Assembly: GCA_963729625.1 (NCBI GenBank)
Contig: CAVSOU010000010.1
Location: 736,001 to 800,000, forward strand
DNA length: 64,000 nucleotides
Source: an uncultured bacterium
Lineage (GTDB): Bacteria; Chloroflexota; UBA5177; JANWHV01
Reading direction: 5' to 3'
Of the stretch, positions 47,767 to 57,707 are shown piece after piece. Both the position numbers and the translations under genes were made by a program. The notes below the pieces were generated by a model. That model made no database searches and was not told the origin of the DNA. It saw only the letters and a program-made list of their open reading frames with translations. Position 1 is the first letter of the stretch, and each line of letters starts with the position of its first letter.

Positions 47767-49239
47767 TCAGTTGGGTCTGCGAGGGGGCGAGGCAGTGCGA
47801 GATGTCGATGCCACAGTGCGGGCCGCGACGAACATGGCCATGGCGCGCCGGCGTCGCTCGCCGTGATCGACTATTGGCGCCGGATACGTCTTGCCAAGGA
47901 CGAAGCCGAGACGCGCGGACTCGGCCGAGGGGAGCGTCCAGGGCGAGTGCACGTGCTCGTCCGGCAGGGCAGCCAGCTCGGGCACGTAGCGGCGCACGTA
48001 GGCGCCGCCCGGATCGTAGCGCCGTCCCTGCGTCACCGGGTTGAAGACGCGGAAGTACGGCTGCGCGTCCATGCCCACCGACGCGCTCCACTGCCAGCCT
48101 CCCACGTTGGCGGGCTTGTCGGCATCGATCAGATGTTGCCAGAAGTACGCTTCTCCCCAACGCCAATCGATCAGCAGATCTTTGCACAGGAAGCTTGCCG
48201 TGATCATGCGCACACGGTTGTGCATCCAGCCCTCGGCGTTGAGCTGGCGCATTCCCGCATCGACGATCGGATAGCCGGTCAGGCCGTGACACCAGGCAGC
48301 AAAGAGATCGCCGGAGTTCTCGTAGGGCATCGCGTCGTAGCGCCTCTCGAATGCCTGAGCAATCACCTCCGGAAAGTGGTACATCCAGGCGAAGTAGAAT
48401 TCGCGCCAGGCCAGCTCGCTCTCCCAGGCATCGGGTCCCTTCTGACGATCCTCCGGGGCGTCGTGCCGTGCGCGCTCCGCGGCGGCGAATGCCGCGCGTG
48501 GCGAGATTGTGCCGAAGCGCAGGTGAGCTGAGAGATGGCTGGTGCCGAGCTGAGCCGGCAGGTTGCGTGCCGTGGCGTAGGCGTGGATGGGAGCGTGCGG
48601 GGCACAGGTGAACTGTTCAAGCTGGCGCAATCCCTCGTCCTCGCCACCATGCTGGGTGCCGGCCGCGCGTGTCCAACCCAGCTCTTCCGCCGTCGGGATC
48701 GCATGGCCCTGGAGCGCGGGCGTAGAGAGCGGTCGTTCCAACGCGGCAAACGGCAACGCATGGGGCCGTGCCGACCAGGCCCGCCGGTAGGGCGTGTAGA
48801 CCCGGTAGGGCTGCCGGTCCTGCGTAAGCAGCTCATCGGGCTCCACGAGCACGAGATCCTTGAAATCGCGGTACAGGAAGCCGGCCGCCTCCACTGCACG
48901 GCGCACGCGCGCGTCGCGCCGCATACCGGGAGCAACGTAGTCGCGGTTGACGTAGACGCCTTCGGCGCCGCTCTCCCGCAGCGTGGCCAGGAGAACCTGT
49001 GCTGGGTCACCGCGACGTACCAGCAGATAACTGCCGTGGTGGCGCAGATTGGTATCGAGCACGCGCAGGCTGTCCAGCAGGAAGGTGATGCGTGGGCCGT
49101 TAGCGTGGGGCGCGGTGATCAGTGAGGGGTCGAGGATGAACAGCGGAATCACCCGCGCCGCATCACGCACCGCGTGGTACAGCGCCGCATGATCGCGCGT
49201 GCGGAGGTCGCGCCGGAACCAGCAGACGAGGGTGCGCAT
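47767..49239 (-). CDS. phrB: Deoxyribodipyrimidine photolyase (class I)
   Basis: WFRRDLR, TSHLSAHLRFG, TGYPIVDAGMRQL, WMHNRVRM, NVGGWQW. Confidence 0.95.
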   Translation of the reverse strand: MRTLVCWFRRDLRTRDHAALYHAVRDAARVIPLFILDPSLITAPHANGPRITFLLDSLRVLDTNLRHHGSYLLVRRGDPAQVLLATLRESGAEGVYVNRDYVAPGMRRDARVRRAVEAAGFLYRDFKDLVLVEPDELLTQDRQPYRVYTPYRRAWSARPHALPFAALERPLSTPALQGHAIPTAEELGWTRAAGTQHGGEDEGLRQLEQFTCAPHAPIHAYATARNLPAQLGTSHLSAHLRFGTISPRAAFAAAERARHDAPEDRQKGPDAWESELAWREFYFAWMYHFPEVIAQAFERRYDAMPYENSGDLFAAWCHGLTGYPIVDAGMRQLNAEGWMHNRVRMITASFLCKDLLIDWRWGEAYFWQHLIDADKPANVGGWQWSASVGMDAQPYFRVFNPVTQGRRYDPGGAYVRRYVPELAALPDEHVHSPWTLPSAESARLGFVLGKTYPAPIVDHGERRRRAMAMFVAARTVASTSRTASPPRRPN

Positions 49240-49244
49240 CGGCC

Positions 49245-50732
49245 CTATGGCTGTCCGAGTTCCAGGCGGATGCGCTGTGCTACGAGTCGAGCACCAATGA
49301 TCACCATCGGTACGCCGCCGCCCGGCACCGTTCCGGCACCCACGAAGTACAGGCGATCCAGGGCCCTGGCCTTGTTGTGGGGCCGCATGTAGCCGACCTG
49401 GAAGAAGTCATGCGCCAGGCCGAACGTGGCGCCGTGGCGCAGGTGATACGATTCGGCCCAGTCGGCCGGCGTGACCATCTTTTCCACCACGATGTGCTGC
49501 CGTATGTCCGGCGCCGCCAGCGACTCGACCTTGTCGAGCACCAGCTCCCGGTAGCGCGGCCCCTCAGTAGCCCAGTCCATGCCCTCGTAGATGCGCGGCA
49601 CGGGCACGAGGACATAGACACAGTCCGCACCAGCGGGCGCCATGGCCGGATCCGTGCGGGTGACGCAGTGCACGTAGAACGAAGGGTCCGAAGGCAGGCG
49701 ATGCTGTTTGAAGATTTCGACGAAGTTCCTGTCGCTGTCTTGGGCGAGGAACACATTGTGGTGGAACAGGTCGTCATAGACCTTGTCGACGCCGAGGTAG
49801 AGCATGAAAGCCGAACATCCGTAGCGCAGGCGATCCAGCCGCCCGCCCGCGTACGGCGCGCGGAACTGAGGTGGCAGCAGAGATCGGTAACTGTAGGGGA
49901 GGTCCGCGTTGCACACGACGACGTCTGCTGCCATCTCGGTGCCGTTCGTCAAGCGCACTCCGGCGGCGCGGCCATTTCGGACGATGATCTCCTCGGCCTC
50001 ACACGCAAGGCGGACTTCTCCGCCCAATTCCGTGAGAACCCGTACGAGCGCGCGCGGAATGCTGTACATACCGCCCATGGGGTACCAGATGCCGTCGTGG
50101 ATCTCGGTATAGGGCAGTAACGAGTAGATCGCCGGCGCGTCGGCCGGAGCCAGGCCAAGATACATAGTCTGGAAGGTGAAGGCGACACGTAGCCGCGGGT
50201 CCTTGAAGTACCGGGCGGCGAACTTGGCGAGCGACGTCAAGGCGTTGAGACGCAGCACATAGTAGAGGTTCAAAGGCGTGAAGAATTCCGCCCAACTGCG
50301 AAAGTTGCGATCGGTGAAGCGCTGCCGCGACACACGGTACTTGTATTCGGCGTCGGCGAGAAAGCGCCGATATTGGTCGCCTGCTCCTGGCTCGATGGCC
50401 TCGAGCTGGCGGCAGAGGGCCGCCTCATCACTCGACAGATCCAGGTGCGTGCCGTCGCCAAAGCGGATCCGGTAGTTGAAGGGCAGCCGGACCAGCTCCA
50501 GGTACTCGCGGATGTCCCTGCCGACCGACCTGAACAGCTCGCGCAATGTGTCCACCATCAGAAGAATCGAGGGACCTGTATCGAAGGTGAAGCCGGCCTC
50601 CGCGTAGGTGTTGCAGCGTCCGCCTGGTGCTGCATTCTTCTCCAGCACGGTGACGTCGTAACCCTGGTGCTGCAGTCGAACCGACGTTGCCAGGCCCCCG
50701 ATCCCAGCGCCAATCACAATCGCGCGTTTCAT
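49245..50732 (-). CDS. crtI: Phytoene desaturase
   Basis: GAGIGGLA, FDTGPS, WYPMGG, VGAGT-x-PGGGVP. Confidence 0.9.
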   Translation of the reverse strand: MKRAIVIGAGIGGLATSVRLQHQGYDVTVLEKNAAPGGRCNTYAEAGFTFDTGPSILLMVDTLRELFRSVGRDIREYLELVRLPFNYRIRFGDGTHLDLSSDEAALCRQLEAIEPGAGDQYRRFLADAEYKYRVSRQRFTDRNFRSWAEFFTPLNLYYVLRLNALTSLAKFAARYFKDPRLRVAFTFQTMYLGLAPADAPAIYSLLPYTEIHDGIWYPMGGMYSIPRALVRVLTELGGEVRLACEAEEIIVRNGRAAGVRLTNGTEMAADVVVCNADLPYSYRSLLPPQFRAPYAGGRLDRLRYGCSAFMLYLGVDKVYDDLFHHNVFLAQDSDRNFVEIFKQHRLPSDPSFYVHCVTRTDPAMAPAGADCVYVLVPVPRIYEGMDWATEGPRYRELVLDKVESLAAPDIRQHIVVEKMVTPADWAESYHLRHGATFGLAHDFFQVGYMRPHNKARALDRLYFVGAGTVPGGGVPMVIIGARLVAQRIRLELGQP

Positions 50733-50783
50733 TGCCGTCCTGCCTCTTCTCCGGCAGATGCCGGAATCTCGCCAAACACGTGC

Positions 50784-51128
50784 TCAGCCAGGATCGTCGT
50801 TGCCCGCGTGCTGTCGCTTCAACACATAGTGCCGAAGGAGCAGTACGGTCTGCACGACCATCAGGTCGGTAAGCAGAAAGAAAACAGTCTCCTCGATCGG
50901 CACATCGGCAACCGCGAATCCGACGATGTGGTCGGCGTGCAGCACCCAAATGCCGGAATGAATCGCCACGCCGTCCGCGCACGAGAGATATACGGTCGGC
51001 AGGCTCGCGGCAACCGCAATCAGGCCCAGCCGCGGCAACAGCACCTGCCGGCCAACCAACCAGTGCCCGATTAGCACAGGCGCCGCCCAGCCCAGCTCGA
51101 AGATGAGATACGTTGCGTGACCAAACAC
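50784..51128 (-). CDS. crtYd: Heterodimeric lycopene cyclase subunit
   Basis: D-x2-AI-x2-G-x-W, PIEE motif. Confidence 0.8.
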   Translation of the reverse strand: MFGHATYLIFELGWAAPVLIGHWLVGRQVLLPRLGLIAVAASLPTVYLSCADGVAIHSGIWVLHADHIVGFAVADVPIEETVFFLLTDLMVVQTVLLLRHYVLKRQHAGNDDPG

Positions 51129-51131
51129 AGG

Positions 51132-51446
51132 CTACCGCATCCTTGTAGTCTGCCGCTGCAGCAGCCAGATCGTGAAGAGGCCCGTGAGCACAACCTGCAG
51201 CACGTAGAACACGTACTCTTCTACCGGTACGACGCCCAAGACGACGCCGACGACATGGGCGGGATCGAACGACCACACGCCGTTCCGTATGAGCGCGTTA
51301 TCCCACGGCGCGGTGTAGGCCAGGGCCACCAGCGTCGTGAATGCCGCCGTGGGCCACGCCCAGCCCGGCACGCATCCGCGCAGTGCAACGAGCAGACCGC
51401 CAATGGGCAGAACAAGAAACAAGGCCAGGAAGGCGAAATAGCTCAT
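51132..51446 (-). CDS. crtYc: Heterodimeric lycopene cyclase subunit
   Basis: YTAPWDN, GVW, PVEEYVFY. Confidence 0.8.
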   Translation of the reverse strand: MSYFAFLALFLVLPIGGLLVALRGCVPGWAWPTAAFTTLVALAYTAPWDNALIRNGVWSFDPAHVVGVVLGVVPVEEYVFYVLQVVLTGLFTIWLLQRQTTRMR

Positions 51447-51527
51447 GCTCTGGGCTTCTATTCAAGAAATGACGTTGCGGCACGTCACCATCACCGTAAG
51501 CCGGCATCTCAGTATGCCCAAGCCAAT

Positions 51528-52268
51528 CTACCTCCCTGCGCGACGTATGGCTTTCAGCATGATGTGGTAGGAAACGCGGCCACAGCGAAGCCTATCCTCC
51601 GCGATGTAGGCCCCATAATACAGATAGGCCAGGCGATCGTACAGCGCCTGGCTGCGGAGCAGGCCCTTGCCGAGCGACAGCATCGCCAGGTTCAGCAACT
51701 CGACCAGGCCCAAGCCGGTGCGCTCGACGTGCTCCACGAGGAACTGCGGCGAGAGCAGGCGTCGCAGGTCGGCTTCGGCGTAGTGACGATGAAAGGGATA
51801 TCCTCCCTCAATCACCTCCTCTGGAGGATGGGATCCGCCGCCGGCAAGAAAATCCCACACATTCAGCGAATCCAGCCACTGCAAGACACCCTTGTGCGGG
51901 ACGCTGAGGACCAGCGTGCCGCCCGGGCGCAGCACCCTGGCGATCTCGGCGAGCACCGGTTGCTCGCGTCGCACGTGTTCCAGCACGTCGAGCAGGAGCA
52001 CGGCGTCGAAATACGCATCCGCAAACGGCAGGGATTCGGCAGAAGCAACCTGAAAGGGAATCTGCGGGTGACGGCGCCGCGCACGCTCAATGAAGGTGGC
52101 CGACGCGTCCACGCCATACACTTCGTGCCGGCGCGCGATCATGGCGGTGCCGTAGCCGAAGGCACAGCCGAGATCGAGCACGCGGCCACCCTCCGGCAAA
52201 AGCCGCAGAGCCCGCTGCCAGCGTGCCATGCGCCTAACCTCCTCCGCCTGCCACAGCGGTGTATGCAT
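51528..52268 (-). CDS. Class I SAM-dependent methyltransferase
   Basis: VLDLGCAFG, DVLEHV, RVLRPGG. Confidence 0.88.
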   Translation of the reverse strand: MHTPLWQAEEVRRMARWQRALRLLPEGGRVLDLGCAFGYGTAMIARRHEVYGVDASATFIERARRRHPQIPFQVASAESLPFADAYFDAVLLLDVLEHVRREQPVLAEIARVLRPGGTLVLSVPHKGVLQWLDSLNVWDFLAGGGSHPPEEVIEGGYPFHRHYAEADLRRLLSPQFLVEHVERTGLGLVELLNLAMLSLGKGLLRSQALYDRLAYLYYGAYIAEDRLRCGRVSYHIMLKAIRRAGR

Positions 52269-53168
52269 GCGCGGTCTCTGTCGCGTCTCCGACCGGTGCT
52301 CGGGCGAGCCTGCTTCAGGTGAGAAGTTCCGTCTTCGGTCGCGCGATCCCCTGATGCGCTCTCAAGCCCCGGCGCGTCGTACGCACCGCGAAGCCGCGGC
52401 GGCAGGAGCGCGGCGATCCGGCACATGGCACAAGACCTCGCCCACGCGTCAAGCGCCCCGCCGGCAGGCGCGGATAGGAGGTCAGGCGTCCACGGCGCGC
52501 CAAACCGCGCCTGCAGAGTCCCTCCGGCTTCCCACACGGCGGCCGGCACGACCGCGACGCCGGAGCGATGCAGCCGCAGGAGCAGCGCGCCGGTACCGGG
52601 GAGCGCTTCGCGCAGGCCGGCGGTGGTGCCCGCCGTTCCCTCGGGGAACAGCACGATCGGCTCACCCCGGCCACGGGGCGCCGGCAGGGCAAGCCGAAAG
52701 AGCTGCCGGAGCGCCGCGGCCCGGCCGGCGACCGCGCGCGGATCGGTGGGCAGCGAGACCATGCTCCAGATACGAGCGACACGTCCCAGCAGGAGTCCGG
52801 ACCCGGGTATCACTCGCCCGCGCACACGTATGTCACCAATCACGGCAAAGTGCACGCGGGCGTGATCCGGCCGGGCACGACGGATCTCTCGCGCCAGTAT
52901 GCCGCCGGCAAAGCCGATCCACAGGCCGCGCCGCTGGTAGTGGTTGGCGACGATCACCATGGCACCGGCCGGAGGAATATGCTCTCGGCTGTGGACAATG
53001 CGGCTGGCGCGGCCACGCGGCGAGCACGCGCTCGGCATCCTCCTCAACCGGCCTGCGGGCGCCGTCGAACAGACTGCGCGTCAAGTCCAGCCACAGCCAA
53101 GACGGGAGCGTGTACTGGCGCGTCCCTCCCAGGCGATAGCCGCGTCGAAGCGTCGGTGCGATGGCCAT
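52139..53168 (-). pseudogene. PlsC-like acyltransferase, frameshift near 53000
   Basis: N-terminus in ORF 52833..53168; ANHYQ and LFPEG in ORF 52139..53047; 3' end uncertain. Confidence 0.7.
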
Positions 53169-53210
53169 GTCAGCGAACCTTTACTGTCATCGTGCAACTG
53201 GCTCCAGCAA

Positions 53211-54353
53211 TCAGCGGTCGACTGAATAGACGCGGCCTTTCCACGGCGCGCCCCGCCGGGTCAGGGTCCGTGCGGCCGAATACAAAGCGATGGCCTGGAA
53301 CACCAACGCCGAGATAGGGTAGGTGAGCGCGCCAAGCCGGCCCGCCTGGAACTGGCGCTGCCAAAAGGCCAGGCCACGCGCCACGACGACATACAACGCC
53401 AGCACGCTCAGCCGGCGGATGCGTCCGCCGTGCCGCCAGGCGTGCCAGGCCAGCATGGGCAAGGCGGTATCGGCGATGACGCTCGCGGCAGTAATGGCGC
53501 CCCCGATGGGGTCTGCCGCCACGAAGCGGAAGGAGTTCTTCCCGAACCCGGCCCAGATGGCGCCAAAGCCATCGTACATGCGCACGCTTGCCAGTTCTTC
53601 CCCGCGGGCCAGGGGCAGGTTGAGGCCCGCGCGCCGGCACTGCTGTGCCAGCGCCACATCCTCGATCAGGCTGCCACGCACGCCCTCATGGCCCCCGCAG
53701 CGCGCGTAGCCCTTGACGCTCATGAGTATCCACTGGCCGTTCGCCCGCGGCGACGAGGGCCGCGCTCCGGCGAAGTAGCGAGCGTAGGCGTACGGCAGCA
53801 GCAGCCGCTCCCAGACGGTGAGGCAGCGCTGCTGCAAGAGCAGCGACAACCCGTCGAGCGAGTGGTCGATCACGTATCTGTAGCTGACACGCAATGCCTG
53901 CGGAGACAGCTCGGTGTCGGCGTCGAGAAACAGCAGCCAGGGCTGGGTCGCCGCGTCCGCGCCCAAATGGCAGGCGAAGGTCTTGCCGGTCCATCCAGAA
54001 GGCGGCCCCTGGCAGCGGATCACGGTCACCCCGGCCTTTTCGGCAATGGCGGCCGTCCCGTCCTCGGACTGGTCGTCGACGACGATGATCTGTGCTGCCT
54101 TCAGCGACTGCGCGGCAAGTGACGAGAGCAGCGTAGGCAGGTTGTGCGCTTCGTTACGCGCGGGGATGATCGCCGAGATGGGCGCCGGGCCGTCTCCGCC
54201 GGCGTCTCCTTGCGCCTCGCTACCGTGCACCATGGGCAGTCGCGCGTAGTTGTGTCGCGCCAAGTAGAAGGTCAGCATCTCCCAGGCGATGAAGCCTGGC
54301 AGAAGAAGCCGCTCCCAGTTGGCTACGAATCGAGCGTTGCTGCTGTTTCCCAT
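53211..54353 (-). CDS. GT2 glycosyltransferase, carotenoid glycosyltransferase (CruC/CrtQ)-like
   Basis: IPARNE, GWTGK-x2-AC, FLDADT, ANGQ, IEDVALA, VRMY...GFGKN. Confidence 0.85.
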   Translation of the reverse strand: MGNSSNARFVANWERLLLPGFIAWEMLTFYLARHNYARLPMVHGSEAQGDAGGDGPAPISAIIPARNEAHNLPTLLSSLAAQSLKAAQIIVVDDQSEDGTAAIAEKAGVTVIRCQGPPSGWTGKTFACHLGADAATQPWLLFLDADTELSPQALRVSYRYVIDHSLDGLSLLLQQRCLTVWERLLLPYAYARYFAGARPSSPRANGQWILMSVKGYARCGGHEGVRGSLIEDVALAQQCRRAGLNLPLARGEELASVRMYDGFGAIWAGFGKNSFRFVAADPIGGAITAASVIADTALPMLAWHAWRHGGRIRRLSVLALYVVVARGLAFWQRQFQAGRLGALTYPISALVFQAIALYSAARTLTRRGAPWKGRVYSVDR

Positions 54354-54365
54354 CGTCAGTGAGCC

Positions 54366-55884
54366 TCAGACATCGACGATAATCCGGTGATATCCCGTCG
54401 CGCCGGCCGGGTAGATATCGCTCTCGTGCTCGGTCTGCGGCGCTCCCGTCCCGTCGAAGGCGCGCGCCTCCAGGGTCAGATGACCGTGCACCGGCAGGAT
54501 AACCCGCCATTGCACCCAGGTGAGCCGGGACAGCGCTGGCACCTGCAGGGCGGCATCGACCCAGGGACCGCTCCCCGTCCGCACCTGAACCCGTCGGATC
54601 CCGCGGCTGCCCGCGAAGGCCACGCCCGCGACAAGCGTGCCGCCGGCAGCCTGTCTCGCAATATCGATGCGCGCCGTCGTGTGCACCACGGCACTGTCGG
54701 TCCAACCCAATTCCTGCCAGCTGCCCTTGAATGCCTGGTCGACGAGTTCGATGTGTTCAACCCACTTGATGCCTTTGAACCCGTAGCTGCCGGGAATCAG
54801 CATGCGAGCGGGATAGCCATGCCGCCGGTCCAGGTACTGACCGTTCATGCCGTAGGCAATGAGCACCGCGGGATCGAGGGCCAGGTCAAGCGGGATGCTG
54901 TCCGCCAAACCGTCCGGCGCGCGCATGACGACCTTGGCGTCGGTTCTCAAGGGGCCGGCCGCCGCGAGCAGCGCGCGAAGCGGCACGCCGGTGAACAGGG
55001 CGCAGCTCATCAGCGAGCCGCCAACCGGATTGCTGACGCACTCTTGGGTGACGTAGTGCGACGTTGAGGGTAGAGCAAGGAGCGTGTCGAAGGTGTAGAC
55101 GTAGGGGCGTTTGACCAGGCCGTCGACGCGTAGGCTCCAGCTCACGTCGCTCAGATCGGGGTCGACGAGGTTCTTGCTCAGGTAGTAGAAGTTGTCGCTA
55201 GCCGTGACTTCCGGCGTGATGCCTGGGATCTCGAAGCCCTGTCGTCGCGGTCTTGGCGCGCTGAAACCAAACAATCTGCCGCCACGCATCAGCACGGTGC
55301 GCGACTTATACCAGGGTTCAACCAGAAGCAACGCGGTCAGGACCATGGCGGCGCGCACGATGCGCATGCTGTCGGAGATGAACGCTTGACGTGGCCGCTT
55401 CTGCCCTGCCCGCTCCGCGCGCGGACCGCGAGGTGCAGTGATATGGCGCCACCCCAGCACCACCGCGTACAGCCCTACCAGGATGGCGGGAGGCACGAGG
55501 ATCAAGGGGTGGAAACACGATAAAGAGAGCGATGCAGAGCAGGAACAGTGCCGCCAGGGGCAGTACAAAACCGGGCAGCCTCCCGCGTGGGCTGGCGGCG
55601 ACTGCTCCCGCCAGCCCGCCCAGCACGAGACAGACGGCAAACCCTCCCAGGAGCGCGAGCGGGCGCGCGGCAGGACCGAGATGCAGGATCAACTGCTGCG
55701 CAAGATCGACCGGAGTCGCCAGCATTACTTTCTCGGACACCGGTTCCAGCGCCCAGGTCCAATTGAACAACAGGCTCGGTATGCTGGCAAGCACCACGGC
55801 CAGCGCCATCGCCAGCATGCCGTTTCTGTAGCCTTCTAGCAGCTTCGTCGCCGTCCTATCTCTCGTGATCGATGCACCCACCAT
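54366..55884 (-). pseudogene. Membrane-anchored sulfite-oxidase-family molybdopterin oxidoreductase, frameshift near 55506-55509
   Basis: TM N-terminus in ORF 55318..55944; ECVSNPVGG, AYGMNG, HGYPAR, KWV in ORF 54366..55640. Confidence 0.8.
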
Positions 55885-55947
55885 GCAGAGACGGTTCCCT
55901 CTTCGAAGGAATGCCTGTACAGGGCAACAAACTGCGCTCTCCACTGC

Positions 55948-56454
55948 CTACGTGTGCAGGGGAGTCGCCTCCAGGGACCGCACGACCTTGAGCGCTTCCT
56001 GAACGTGGTGCCGCACGCGCAACTGGGATGAGAACGAGTAGCGGACAACACCTGCACTGTCGATGACATAGGTGACCCTGCCGGGTAGAAGGCCAAATGC
56101 CGTCGTCGCACCATAGGCTTTGCGCACGCTGCCGTCGACATCCGACAGCAGCGTGAACGGCAGCCTGTGCTTGGCCGCGAACTGCTCATGCCGTGACGAG
56201 GCATCCGCGCTGATGCCGACGACCTCAGCGCCGGCTTCTCTGAAGTCCTCGTAGTTGTCGCGGAAGCTGCAGGCCTGGGCCGTACAGCCGGCTGAGTCGT
56301 CTTTTGGATAGAAGTACAGCACAATGGTACCGGAGCCGAGCATGTCGTGCAGGGAAACCGTCGCCCCATCGGCGGCGGGAAGAGTGAAGTCGGGTGCCAG
56401 ATCGCCGACTTCTACTGGGCCCGAATGTCGTGGATTCTCAGTCAATTCAGTCAT
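55948..56454 (-). CDS. bcp: Peroxiredoxin BCP/PrxQ
   Basis: FYPKDDSAGCTAQACSFRD, GRVTYVID. Confidence 0.9.
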   Translation of the reverse strand: MTELTENPRHSGPVEVGDLAPDFTLPAADGATVSLHDMLGSGTIVLYFYPKDDSAGCTAQACSFRDNYEDFREAGAEVVGISADASSRHEQFAAKHRLPFTLLSDVDGSVRKAYGATTAFGLLPGRVTYVIDSAGVVRYSFSSQLRVRHHVQEALKVVRSLEATPLHT

Positions 56455-56654
56455 CCTCTCGACAGATGGTACCCCATCACCCGCGCGGATCGGCGGGCTT
56501 TCAGGGTACGTCGTCGGAGGAGCACACAAGCGTCGCACCGGGAGCGCAATCGCCACAAGCGTTGGCACTCTGCCTGCCGGCTACCAGCCCAGCCGCCGCG
56601 TTGGTCGCACCGCCGACGACGTATCTACCATCACCATAGCTGAGTTTGTTGGAT

Positions 56655-56684
56655 TTGACTAATCTTTATTATTCAGTTTACACT
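56655..56684 (+). promoter_or_regulatory. carH promoter with imperfect TTGACTAA-N6-TTAtTCAg box
   Basis: TTGACT-18-TACACT; resembles the 47601 palindrome. Confidence 0.6.
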
Positions 56685-56737
56685 GGATCGTAGAGATGAG
56701 GCACGCGGCTCAGAGTGGGCCGCGAACGAAAGAGAAG

Positions 56738-57652
56738 ATGCACAGCAAGCAAGACAGTCCTCAAGGCGGATCCAGCTTGTTCCCGATTGGGACGGTCGCG
56801 CGACTGACCGGGGTGCCGGAGATGACCTTGCGGAATTGGGAGAAGCGGTATGGCATGCCCAGTCCGGGCCGCGACGGCTCGGGCGGACGGCGTCTGTATA
56901 CCGGCGACGAGATCGCCCTGGTCCGCTATCTTGCCCAACGCGTGGCGAGTGGCACGTCGATCCGCAGGGCGGTTGCCGCGGCGGTGGATAACCAGCGAGA
57001 CCCCGATCGCCTTGTGCAGTCACTGCTCATGGCTGCACAGTCGTTGGATGCGGCAGGCGTGGAGCGGAGCCTCTCCGCGGCGACGGCGGCTCTCCCTCCT
57101 GCCGACGCCTGGTCCCGCGTTCTCGTACCAGCGCTGCGCGGGCTGGGCGATCGCTGGGAGGCGGGCGATGACGTGATCGCCGCGGAGCACCTTGCCAGCA
57201 GTGCCATCGCGGCGTGGCTACGGGCAGTGATCGCGGGCATCCCGGCCGGCACAGGACATCCGCGAGCAGCTGCGGCGTGCGGTCCCGACGAGCAGCACGA
57301 GCTGGGCACGATGGCCCTGGTGGCGCTGGCATCGACTCGCGGCACCCCGATGGTGTACCTGGGCGCCAACACGCCGCACAGTGCTCTGGAAGATGAGCGA
57401 CGGATCATGGGCCTGCGCGTCCTCTGCATCACGGCCACCCAGCCCGACACAGCCGATCGCGTGGTCGAGATCATCGAGAACCTGGCAAGGCAGCCGGCTG
57501 AGACAGCGCTGGCCTATGGTGGGCCAGGGTTCGCGCAACGCGAGGGCGCGCACGCGCGCCTGACAGGACTCGCCATCTATCTTGGCGTGACGATTGACGA
57601 CGCGGTCGGGCGCATCGAGCAGTTGTGTGCCCAGGCAGCGGGCGGCGCCTGA
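56738..57652 (+). CDS. carH: B12-dependent MerR-family photoreceptor/repressor (CarH/LitR)
   Basis: LRNWEKRYG, W-x9-EH, EQHELG, YLGANTP; adjacent crt genes. Confidence 0.88.
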   Translation: MHSKQDSPQGGSSLFPIGTVARLTGVPEMTLRNWEKRYGMPSPGRDGSGGRRLYTGDEIALVRYLAQRVASGTSIRRAVAAAVDNQRDPDRLVQSLLMAAQSLDAAGVERSLSAATAALPPADAWSRVLVPALRGLGDRWEAGDDVIAAEHLASSAIAAWLRAVIAGIPAGTGHPRAAAACGPDEQHELGTMALVALASTRGTPMVYLGANTPHSALEDERRIMGLRVLCITATQPDTADRVVEIIENLARQPAETALAYGGPGFAQREGAHARLTGLAIYLGVTIDDAVGRIEQLCAQAAGGA

Positions 57653-57707
57653 CGCTCTAGGCTGGCCCTAGGGCGCCACGTGGCGGAAGGCGTGGAGGAA
57701 ACCGTGT

